Below are positions 1 through 10,701 of a DNA stretch of 45,191 nucleotides, piece after piece. The translations under genes and the position numbers were made by a program. The DNA is from Craspedostauros australis (lineage: Eukaryota). The notes under the pieces are model-generated. The model worked only from the letters and a program-made list of their open reading frames with translations. It ran no database searches and was not told the origin of the DNA. Where the stretch lies: positions 1 through 45,191 of the forward strand of contig JALAGF010002785.1 in the NCBI GenBank assembly GCA_030167865.1. Direction: 5' to 3'. Every line of letters begins with the position of its first letter. The first letter of the stretch is position 1.

Positions 1-123
1 TTAAATGATATCTATTGTACAGATTGAGCCAAAGACCGCTAAGTCCGGAGACTTCAAAGATGGAGAGTCGAATTTCTCGAACAACAGAGGCATGATCCTA
101 CCGGACTCCTGTAGAATTCTACG

Positions 124-143
124 TGTAACCAACTGTAACCAAC
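124..143. repeat. Two tandem copies of 10-bp unit TGTAACCAAC
   Basis: Seen directly: tgtaaccaac-tgtaaccaac, followed by GGATCCAAAA at 145-154. Confidence 0.9.
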
Positions 144-361
144 GGGATCCAAAAAAAACCCGGTCTGTCCGTCGTCCGAAGGCAAAACCACACCAATGGG
201 GTCAACAAACAGATAAAGATCGACAAGATGGTAGTAACAACAAGATAATGTTATTGCTTTCCTGGATAGCCCTGAGTCTTAAGTTTACGTAGATGTAAAG
301 AGATATTCGATTGAGTGTCTATAACTTTAAGTCTGAGATCGGGAAAATTGGATCCAAAATC

Positions 362-401
362 TGTAACCAATTGTAACCAAATGTAACCAATTGTAACCAA
401 T
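362..401. repeat. Four tandem copies of 10-bp unit TGTAACCAA(T/A)
   Basis: Seen directly: tgtaaccaat tgtaaccaaa tgtaaccaat tgtaaccaat. Preceded by GGATCCAAAA (350-359) and followed by TTTTGGGGTCC. Confidence 0.95.
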
Positions 402-3065
402 TTTTGGGGTCCGGCTCTTTGAGGCACTAGAGACCAGTGCCTTTGTCGGAAGTTACTCTGTCGCGACACGCACACAAGGGAGATCGTGTGATTGCGTAAA
501 TTGCGCATGGTCGACTGGGCGAATGGCTTTATGGCGGTTTGAGGAGCCAGCGGATCAATTCCAGATGCCCTCTTTGGCCTGAGGATCCCGGAGAATTGGT
601 AGCGACCGGTGCTCCTGTTGGAGGTGGTTTTGTGGTGCGGTGGGAGTGTCTCCGCCCTACCGCCAAGACAAGGATTGGACTTGCACCGCTCCATTCATTG
701 ATCCGCGTTTCCGCCAATCCATGTTGTTGCCTGTTCGTTGTCTGTTCCGTGTTGTTGTGCGTGGCTTTCTACGAGCGCGTTGCCCTTTGCTGAGAGTTGT
801 CGGTTGGACGGTTAGCACGGCTCATTAGTGTTGATGGTATCCAAGGTACTACTATTATAACACCATTATACATGTGACATGGATCGAGTGTTTTGGAGTA
901 TACTCTCTAGTAGTGTCTGTGGTCTACTCGTACCGTGCTTCGTGCTTCGCGCTCCTCCATCGTCGATACTTATGTGGATGCAGCGCGGAGGAGGTTGCCG
1001 ATTTGTTTGGCAAGGGAAACGCGGTAAAGACCATATCTTGGTCGTTTTTTTCTTTGTTCACGCTTGAGGTGTGTTCTGCGGTTTTTAGGTCTATCGAGTC
1101 ATGGCCTCATGGGACTACAAGAAGCAGCCTTTCCCGTGTCGACATGGCGTCGTGCTGAATTGCGTTCGTGGCTGCGGTGTCGCGCGCCGTCAGCATGTGC
1201 CAATGATGTGTGCTGTTCTCTGGCTCCACCCCTGTCGTGTCTGTCCCAACACATCCCCATCCCAGACCCACGACATGACATAACATTGATGGAGCAGTCC
1301 ATTTGCTTTCCTCCTTCGGGAAAATGTGGCTGATTTGCAATCGTCGGTCGTGTTCTCCTCTCCTCGCTCAGGCAACTTTCGCACTTGCCCGAGCGATTCC
1401 TTTTCGCGCCGTCGTTGATTACCACAGAGTGGTCCAACAAATACGCACAGCACCTTCTCCTACCAGCCTACTGAACTTCGTGTCATCAACCATCGCACTC
1501 TGCACTGGGAGCAGCGCCATTCCTTCACCTTCCTGTATTAATGTGCACTACGTTATTGGGTGATCACTATCGGGCTCGTGTCACTACCGTTGTTGAAGGT
1601 GGTGAACCCGCCCCCGTGCAACGTCTGTTTGGCTGTGCTGCTCCGGCGCTTGTTGCTGATCCTCTTATTGTGTGACAAGGTGGGATCCCCTTACGCAAGC
1701 GTTGGTGTCTGGTAGTCTTCTTGCTTGGGGGTGTTGCCGCGAGAGCACGAAATTCGCTTTGCATTCCTTGTAATGTTTGTCCAGTGTGTCCGAGATGCAA
1801 ACTCAGAAAATAGCATTTAGAACATCCAACAACAAAAAATGGCGCTTTCCCGATTACCCCATCAGGACAATCCTTTGTTTCCTCTTTTCAAACCATGACG
1901 CCAACCACGCGCTAACTCAACAGACATGGGAAGCTATCGACGATGGTCACGTTTCGCGGTTTGGGCAATTGAGCTATTTGGTACTAGTATAATAGATAGG
2001 CTAGTTGCAGTGTGTGCAGTGCATCTGTTTGGGCAACGCACCCGTCGCGTGCCTCTTGTATCACGACAACAACGTCAAACGAGGGGAAGCCGTCGCAGAG
2101 TTCGATTTGAGTCAGTGTTGCTACTGGGTTGAATGCGCTTCAGATGCGTGCATGACGAGTGCTTGATTTGACTGTTGGCAGACAGTGGCGGTAGCACATG
2201 ATTCCACCCGTACGGCAAGTTGGACAGACAAACACAACGCCCCCCACTGTCCCCAGCACCAGCGCATACGACTTCGTGACGCACACACTTTGGTTTCAGT
2301 CGCTGGCAAAAGACGGAGAAATCGCCCGAAAGGCCGCACGGCAAATGGCTGGCTGTCGCGATCATCTCGGCGGTTGGAATTGCAACACGAACATCGCATC
2401 GCACACGAGATGAGCAGAAATTGTTTTGGTTCAGTGATTGGCACGCCCGTCGTGTCCACCGTGACAAAAGGCCTGGCATTGTGGTTGTGCCGCGCAAGCG
2501 AACCGGCAAAATAGAGAAACCTGTGCGAGAGAACAGTTGAGGCTGCGTGCGTTGCAATCGAGCGACGGACATCAAATGCGACACGACCTTCACTCTCCAA
2601 TGGTCATGTGATTTACTGCGATGTTGATTGCTGATGTCTTCACTCATGTCCATCTGTGGGGAGTTGCTGCGGAACACATACAGATGGTAACGGTAACAGT
2701 TTGTTCTGTACACAATGTAATACCGCGCGTGGCGAGAACACATTTCCTGATTGCGCACCTCCTCACGAAGCACGCACGCGAAAGGCGGTTCCACGACATG
2801 TGGTCGATGTCCGGACGAGTTCCACACACAAAACGATGGAAGCGAACCAGAATCAACATGTATGCCCCTGCAGCTCTTTTCGTCATGATGTACAGTGCTC
2901 GGAGTATTTCCTGCGGATAGTGCAGGCGCGTGTGATGAAGCGTATTTATGGGGTCGAAACAGACTTACCCACGGAACGGACATTAGTTTCTCCGAACTCA
3001 TGCGTTGAGCATCACCGTCAGTCGCAACCTCCCTTGTGCAGCTCAGTGTGCAAAGTCGTACCGAT

Positions 3066-3104
3066 GTCGTGTCCAAGTCGTGACAGAGTCGTGTCCAAGT
3101 CGTG
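3066..3104. repeat. 17-bp direct repeat GTCGTGTCCAAGTCGTG x2 (22-bp period)
   Basis: Copies at 3066-3082 and 3088-3104. The GTCGTGTCCA core recurs at 3602-3611. Confidence 0.85.
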
Positions 3105-3177
3105 TACCCATTGAGTCCATGTCGCATCCAAGGCACGTCTACGTCGCGTTCACGTCGCGCTCAAGTCATGTCGATGA

Positions 3178-3219
3178 ATGGTCGATGGATGGTCGATCGA
3201 TGGTCGATCGATGGTCGAT
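3178..3219. repeat. 11-bp tandem repeat ATGGTCGAT(C/G)G x~4
   Basis: atggtcgatgg atggtcgatcg atggtcgatcg atggtcgat seen directly. Confidence 0.9.
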
Positions 3220-5894
3220 TTTGTGTCTATTTCTGTACTTTCGACACGTCCCATGCGACACGATCACTTACAGCGAAATGTCACAGTATCGTAGGTTACA
3301 AGTATTGAAACGCTGCGATGCAAAACTCTCATGTCAATTGTATTTCGGAATACTGTTTAAAACCGTAATCAACTACTTCGTCTGAATGGTATGGATAGTA
3401 TGCTTTCATTTATCCAGTCAAATTTTGAAAAAGTGCACTCTACCGTCCTTGAACAGACAACTAGACTAGATATCGTAGTATGGCCCGTTTTCGCAACATG
3501 TCACAGTGACGAATCCGGGGTAAATCGGTGTATTTTTGGTGCTCTTTTGGTGCTCTTCCAGTGTCGATGCCGGTCCTGTGCTGTGCTTGTCGCAGGTCGG
3601 TGTCGTGTCCATGATGTGTTCATAGGGATCCCATGTCGATCCTGTGTCGTGTCGATGTCGATACCAACGCATTTCACTTAACATACTCAGTGACGGTTAC
3701 GCGAGTGCCAATGCGCGTTCGCGAGAGCAACACTTCGGAAGAACACCGATCCGACCGGGCTTGGACCTTGAAGCGTGTTCTCCCCCATGTATTGCCCCTC
3801 CCTCTTCGGCATGCGGGTGCGCTCGCCACGTCAGGCACTTTGGTTTCACCACTTCCCATGTGTGTCTGGCATAGTATCATGATACTCACATGTGCCGAAA
3901 GCGCTCGTGTTCGCTAGACTTTCGAGACGACCAACGCGCTATCATTCCCAGGTACTGATCATGGTTCTCAATTCCTCCGCAAAGCACACATTCTGGGGTA
4001 TGCGGACAATATATATTGTACTAACGTATCAGTCCACACGGCGAAATATCGTCATTATCATGCAGCGGTCAACCTCGCCAGCGGAAGAACAACCATGAAG
4101 ATGTCTGCTACCGGGCCCCCCTTGCATCAAGCACCATCAAACGTGCACTATCCGTCAGGGAAATCCACGTTTGGGATAGGCTACCGTTGTTTGAATAGTC
4201 AGACACGAACATGCATGTACAGATTTCAGAAATATCTCAACGCTTCACGTCTAGAAACGATGTCAATGAGCGCAAATGACCATGTTCCCAGTCTATCTCG
4301 CAATCTGTGTGGTTGCATACACGTGCTATCGCATGTGTGGCTTGGTGTCTGAAAGCCATGTGTCTCGAGGATGGGAGAATTCCCAGGAGGGAAAGCAGTG
4401 ACTTGGTGCGCCTTGCGAAGTGGTGCTTCAAACACAACCTTGCATTCTGCGACCTCTCCGAACACAACACGAAACAAGGGGTGCTGGAGCTGGTGCCATC
4501 TTGAGGCGCACTCGTCCGCAGGAAGAAAGACAGCTCCCCCTCGTTACCGACGTAGTCGCTTGCGTATCGCATCACAAACAATAAGCTGACGCAATCATGA
4601 TGATGATGAATGCTCACTTGTTCAGAGAAGCGGTCAACACCAAGAAGCACTTCTCTCACATGGCGCACTGCTGTCACCCAATTTTTCGCGGACGACGAGT
4701 GTCTGCCCACGCTCGCTCGATCGAGACGATGCGCCAACGCTTCCCCAACCACGCCGAGCGCAAAAGAACTTCTCCCCATTCGTGTGAGTCAGATTCGAGA
4801 TGACAACGGATCAGGAAACGTGCAGGAATCACCTCCTCCACCCTTGCCTCCACATCAGCGACCGCGAAAGAAACACGAAGGCTCATACGATCCACACCAT
4901 CGTTCGCCCCTGGTGGACGCGCACTATGTCATTTCGGGTCATGTGACCCCACTAACCTTGCGCGTTATCTAAGCAATCCAACAATTAATTGCAGAGATCG
5001 TGGTTCGGTCACACTTGACGACGATTCCTCGTGCTTGGTGATGTCACGGAAGGCTTAGTAGTTGTGCCTTCTCAGGTTGCTGTAGGACAATACGCTCGTT
5101 CTCGTCAAGGATGAAGAAATCGCTTTCGGACAATTGGACAGCCAAGCCGCCCTGCGCATTGATCGCGGTACTGGCGAATACCGCTTCAAGATTCACACCA
5201 TCTCTATCCTCCTTCTCTTCCTGTTGCCCTTGCCTCAGTTTGCAAACGGAACATGTCATGTCACATGCGGCGAGCACGATGTGTCTGCTCGCACTCGTAG
5301 GCTATTCTGGTCAGGACGGACGTGTTCCCCGTACCACAGCGTGCGCGCAAGGCTTAGCTGTTCTTCTGCCCTCTTTCCTGTGTTCGTGGTTCTACTCACT
5401 GCTTCCACTGGTGAAGCAAAACTGCACAACGAAGATCAAGCCCAGAAAGCGCGTACCTGGGGCAATTGCCCTCGACGCAGATGGTGGCAACAGCTCCAAA
5501 GACACCCAGCCGAAAATGGATGGCGCCGACACTGGCTAAGCCCCGTCGAGCTGTCCTGCACTGGGCAATCAACGGCAACAGAACTAGCGCCTAGTGTTCA
5601 TAGCCTCTCCCACAGGACGACTATTACACGTCTACAGTAGTACCTTTGCGTTTTGGGGCGCAATGTGCACGGACTAAATGGACTACTAAGGCAGTCCCAT
5701 CGAAAAAAGACCAATATATGGTCTTTACCGCGCTTCCCAAGGAGAAACGGATGCAAGGCGCATTGCCATAGAGAGAGAGAGACCTATGCGTGAGCATATC
5801 GACAGGGTAGGAACAGCAGACGGTGTGGGCGAGGTGATCTCAACCGCGTTATGTCTATATATGTGCGATCAGAGCATTCGATTTGACCGCCCCT

Positions 5895-7661
5895 TCAGAC
5901 GGAGAGGCGGACGAACAGATCCATTTCCACGGAATCCAGTCTCTGCCTCCAGTGAACTGGGACGCCGGTGCTGGCTTCGTTCGGTTCTGTGCTTAGATTG
6001 AACAGCGAACCGTCGTCCTCCTGCCTCTCGTTGGTGCTGTCCATGTCCTCGAAGTCGCTCACGGACGATTCGGACATGCTGCTATCCGTCACGGGCGTCA
6101 GAGTCGTCACTTCATCCGCCGAGGCGCTGTCCGCCCAGTCGCGCTGCAGCCGTCTCGATGTCAACGATTGCCGCAGCGATTGCAGAGACCAAATGGAAGA
6201 AGATTTTGGTTTGTCTGCTGTGACGGCGGAGGCGGCGGTGGTCGCCGCTGTGGTGCGGCTGTTGTTGCTGCGTCTGCGGGTGGAGTGCTTGTCTGTTAGT
6301 TTTGATACCCCGCCACCGTGCATCGACATATCCATGCTATCATGATCCACCTGTCTTCCAAATTTGCTCGGCACGGATAGGTGCTGGAAGATGGATTCCG
6401 GGCTGGATTCTTCGACGAGCCCAAGCATCTTTGTTTTGTGTGGCGGCGTGAGAGTCGTGGTGGTGATCTTCGGGATCAACATTTCGGTTCCTTCTCGTGA
6501 AGTCTTGGACTTGGACCACGCGCTTGACATGCTGGGCAACATGGGCACGTGCCATGCCTTCGATGCTGGCACTTCGCCTACCAATATGGCCGATGCCTGC
6601 GACAAAGGTGATGTAGTCGATCCCGGGCTTGACATCGCGCATGATCCCTCATCCATGCTCGCTTTTGCCTCTGCCTCTGCGTCTGCGTCTGCACCTACAT
6701 CTACGCATTGTGGCCTCTTGAAGGAAGTGGGCGTGCTCGCTGCACCTTCATCGAATGCCTTGCTCCTGTGCCAGAAGTAGACCGGGACGCTCTCATTGAA
6801 ATTCTTGCTTTGTTGCGGCGAAGGAATCGCACGGATGAACTTTTGAATTTGAGGCGACGGCGTCAATGACATGCAGAACGAGGCGGAGAGTAACGATGCT
6901 GATGATGATGACGATGGTGAGATGCTGAGCGGCGATGTTTCGCCTGCTGGCAGGTTCGATGCGAAGGACAGCCATTGGGACGATTTCCTTGTTGATGGTG
7001 GGGTACGGACTAGTTTCTCGGCCGGGGTGCAATCCTCGTCTGGACACAGCAAGACCATCCCGCCGCATTTGTCCGCGCGGTGCATCTCCTGCATGTAGGC
7101 TCGTCTCCAGCGTGGGTTCATATCGAAGAATATGTCCTCTGTATCCAACGCGGCCTGCTCGTTGGGGTTGTTGAGCCAGGCACCGTTTCCGTCCAGCATG
7201 CCGCGGAGCGAGTCGGTGTCGCTGAACTCCTTGAACTTGAGGCTTCGAGAAATGCTCGATGCGGTGCTATCGCTATCGTCGCTATCGTTGTTGCCGTCAC
7301 TCTCGCTGGAGGTGGCGGCACAAGTAGCAATCGTGACGGCAGAACTATTGCTGCTGCTGACAGCATTGCTTGATTTACGGTCGGGGCTTGTTGCGTCGCC
7401 AGGGCCACTGGCACCAGCCTTGACTGCTGATGAGACCTTCGAATCGGCTTTGATGATTGGTTGGCTGCCATCCAGCGTGGAATCCTTCGTTCCGTCCGAT
7501 GGAGACTCGTCTGTCTTTTCCAGCAGCAGTAGCTGCTGCTTCTGCTGCAGATGTTCGTCAGCTTGTCTGAGTTTGCATGTGTCTTGATCCCGTTGATCAC
7601 TGTGACACTTGGGCTCTTGATATCCCGTTGATGTTGCTGAATCCATCGTCGACATTCTCAT
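5895..7661 (-). CDS. Hypothetical Ser-rich, largely disordered protein (588 aa)
   Basis: Long uninterrupted ORF from ATG with Ser/Asp low-complexity tracts and a few ordered-looking blocks (EDIFFDMNPRWRRAYMQEMHRADKCGGMVLLCPDED; VPVYFWHRSKAF). No family recognised. Confidence 0.75.
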   Translation of the reverse strand: MRMSTMDSATSTGYQEPKCHSDQRDQDTCKLRQADEHLQQKQQLLLLEKTDESPSDGTKDSTLDGSQPIIKADSKVSSAVKAGASGPGDATSPDRKSSNAVSSSNSSAVTIATCAATSSESDGNNDSDDSDSTASSISRSLKFKEFSDTDSLRGMLDGNGAWLNNPNEQAALDTEDIFFDMNPRWRRAYMQEMHRADKCGGMVLLCPDEDCTPAEKLVRTPPSTRKSSQWLSFASNLPAGETSPLSISPSSSSSASLLSASFCMSLTPSPQIQKFIRAIPSPQQSKNFNESVPVYFWHRSKAFDEGAASTPTSFKRPQCVDVGADADAEAEAKASMDEGSCAMSSPGSTTSPLSQASAILVGEVPASKAWHVPMLPSMSSAWSKSKTSREGTEMLIPKITTTTLTPPHKTKMLGLVEESSPESIFQHLSVPSKFGRQVDHDSMDMSMHGGGVSKLTDKHSTRRRSNNSRTTAATTAASAVTADKPKSSSIWSLQSLRQSLTSRRLQRDWADSASADEVTTLTPVTDSSMSESSVSDFEDMDSTNERQEDDGSLFNLSTEPNEASTGVPVHWRQRLDSVEMDLFVRLSV

Positions 7662-10600
7662 TCACCGTCGTCCTGAAATGAATGCAGTTGAGTTGGGCTG
7701 TGTTGAATTGACTTGGATTGGATTGGTGTGAGGCCGGATAGATCCGTTTGCGAGGAGGTGAAAGATGTGACTACTTTCCTGCTGTTGACAGTGGGAAGCT
7801 GTGTTCGTTGACTGCTTGGCTATTTGATGGGTTGTACAGTGTCGATTTCGTCGCTGCTGTGCCTTCGCTTTCGCTTGTAAATGCGGATGTGGGTGTGAAT
7901 GCGTTTCAAGTTTGCGATGATGAATGAGCGCTTGGTCTTCAGCTTGTCGGATGAATGTTTTTGTGAGCTGCTCCGATACGCAACCTCGATCGTCCCATTG
8001 ATTGTGCATGATGTGTGCATTGTTTCCACTGATACACTGATACTCATCACAATCAATCGACTCAGCTCGGTGATCCGACAAGCCTTTGGTACTACTCGTA
8101 CGTCTTCCAGCTCGCACCAGGCCGAGGCACTGCGCTTGATATCGCGCTGCTGCGTGGCATGAAGCAGCACATCACAGCACCGCTGCCCCTTCATCGCAAA
8201 CCCAGCGTCGCTGCTCTTTCCCTTCAATGTATTGCCTGCAAGGAACCTGAATTGAATCCCAGAAAGATGCTGGCGCTGCGAACGGTTTGGCGACCCGAAA
8301 CGATTCAAGTTGTGGTTTTGAACGAAAATGTGGGCCAAAAATCGCCTCGAACCAAATTTCATTCAGGTTTCGTCCATCGAGGAGGTCTGTCCCGTTTTCT
8401 TGTGACGGACTGAAGCAGTCAGAGCAGTCGATCGATGGTTGGGTTTCTAGGGCAAGTAGCCATGAAATGAAACTAGAGATAGCTGAGAAAGGTGGCAGGA
8501 TCTTCGTGTGCCACACAAGAACAGTGACGTTGTCGTTTGGATGATTTCCGAACTCTGTTCCATTCGCACGCAAGAGGAGAGATGGGCGCTCTCTGGTTGG
8601 AGTTGGAGTCGGAACGCACATGCAGAGAGCATGCAGTTTGGAAGCGTCAAGGCGGAAAGCGTTGAGGTGTTGAGGTGTGGAAGCACAGAAGTGCGGAGTT
8701 TGGAATACTTGGCGCACCCAAGTTGAATGTCGATGTCATCACGAGAAAGTGAGGGAAGGAGGTGCTCTGTTCATCCTGTTGTTGAAAAGGAGGAATTCAG
8801 TTGCTTGTGCCTGAACCGTGACTGTGAAAGCGACGGAAGTGAGCTGGATGGTTGACGACTTTGTCTCAAAAGGACATCTCTGCACGAAGGTATCACAAGT
8901 GCGTGCTCTACTCATTGATCGTGGATCCTACCTGTAGCTCTCCCGTTGGTGATGTGGGAACACACTCCGGAGCGAATTAATCACCTCACATTGTCTTGGT
9001 CTTGTGGGGGGTGCTTGCCTAAACATGCAAAGGCGCAACCTCCACGTGCGTACGAAAGGATGGATGGATGTAAGAAAGCACAAGACCAAGAAGAGAAGAG
9101 GCGCGTTGCAGAATACGCGTGGAGCGCTCTAGTCTCCGCGCGGATTCCAACGCGGTTGATCCCCGCAAGGAGTAGCTCGTCGTCCGATGTGACTGACTCC
9201 GGTAGAGCAGAAACCTCACGGAATAGAGCGCATGTGCGGAGTTGACATCAGCGTATCTCTGAACCTTTTTGGCTTTGCGAGTGACGTCGGCGTCCTCTCC
9301 AGGAAGACAGAGTGATTGCTGTTGTGGTTGAACCGCGAAGCAAGAGCCGCCTCCGCAGATCCACGTACTCGTCGCATGGTCGCAACAGGAGAAACAGATG
9401 TTTGCCCAGCCTCAAGTTTATCCGCCGCAGCTGTTTGGGGCCTGCCGAAAAGCTGTCGAGAGAGAGAGAGAGAGACGGCGCAAGAGCCATCAAACTCCCT
9501 TGGCGTCTTTCCTCCACTCGGCAGGTGGAATGGATGGAGGTGTCTCGGAGGGTATCTTTTGGGATCCATCGCTCTCCTTGGATCCTCATCGTCATGGAAG
9601 CCGTGTCAGAACTGTCTTGTGGGTGGACGCGCGTGTTGATGTCTGTTTGGGAACCGTATCCATTTCTCTTTCTCTCTGTTGTCGCGGTGGATTGAGAAAC
9701 ACGAGATCCTTCCTTTTTCATCGGCAGAGGCAGACCTGCGTTCTCCTTGGAGAAGGAGGCGGCGAAGAGCGGCGCGAGAGATCGCATTGAACTTGTGCGG
9801 AGCGTCATGCGAACAGATTGTGGAAAAGAAGTTCCAGTGTTTGTGTTCCTTCTGCGCAAACGGATGTTCGTGCTGGAAGTTGTGTGTTGCGTTCTGAACC
9901 CGGGAAGAAGGGTGACTGGAATTCAGTATCCCTACCAGGTTACTCATGAGAACAAGTGTGTATTGGTAGTTGCATCGTTTGCCGCAGCGACTGGTACTCA
10001 TGTAGTATCTGGTTCGTTTATGGTGTTGCGTATATGGTATATTGTGGAACAAGAACTAAAAAGGCCGCAAGTGCCGGAAATTGTTCACAATTCTGTGACG
10101 TGGAGCACAACCCCGAACTGCGAACAGAACAAATAAGGCGCGCAGTTCACAAAGTGCTCGCACAAAAAGAGGATGGATTGGGTTGAAGCAGGTGGCGCAC
10201 CAGTACGAACACGAATGGATGGGCGCAACTGAGGTCGGTGCGTGGCGACAAGGAGACAAGACCGGCGTGAAAGTGGAACACGTGTGAGCAATTGCGGGCA
10301 AATGGAGTACCGAATTGCAGAAGTGTGCTGCTGTCGCGACGTTTGCGGGAGAGAGAGCGAAAAGGGATGGCAAAAAGTGAACGTCGTGCGTGTTGATGAT
10401 GCCGCTGATGTTCGAGAGACGAAAAGGAGTGCGAATGTTGTAATGCGTGGCGCACTTGTGCTGTGCCAATGGCTTGTGCCACACTACACGAGCACAACGT
10501 GAGCTACCAGCACGCCACAAAACAGAACAATACAATACCAAGCAACAAGCAACACCAAGCAACACCACACTTGCGGCCCTGTTCCACCCATAAAATCGAA

Positions 10601-10701
10601 CACTCATCAGAACGCAAAGCAAAACGATTACATTCCTGTCAGCGTACTCCACAGTACTTAGAATATATTCTACAATATAACATTATACATAATACAATAA
10701 G

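Noticed and set aside
362..401. TGTAACCAA array as a telomere or CRISPR array
   Set aside because: It does not match CCCTAA/TTAGGG, is internal and short, and has no spacers or cas genes.
410..443. Hairpin plus CTAG as a Helitron 3' end
   Set aside because: The CTAG lies inside the hairpin rather than downstream of it and is followed by A, not T.
2075..3136. 353-aa minus-strand ORF
   Set aside because: Cys/Arg/His-rich random-like composition with no motif, and it begins within a repeat tract. Treated as part of the decayed region rather than a gene.
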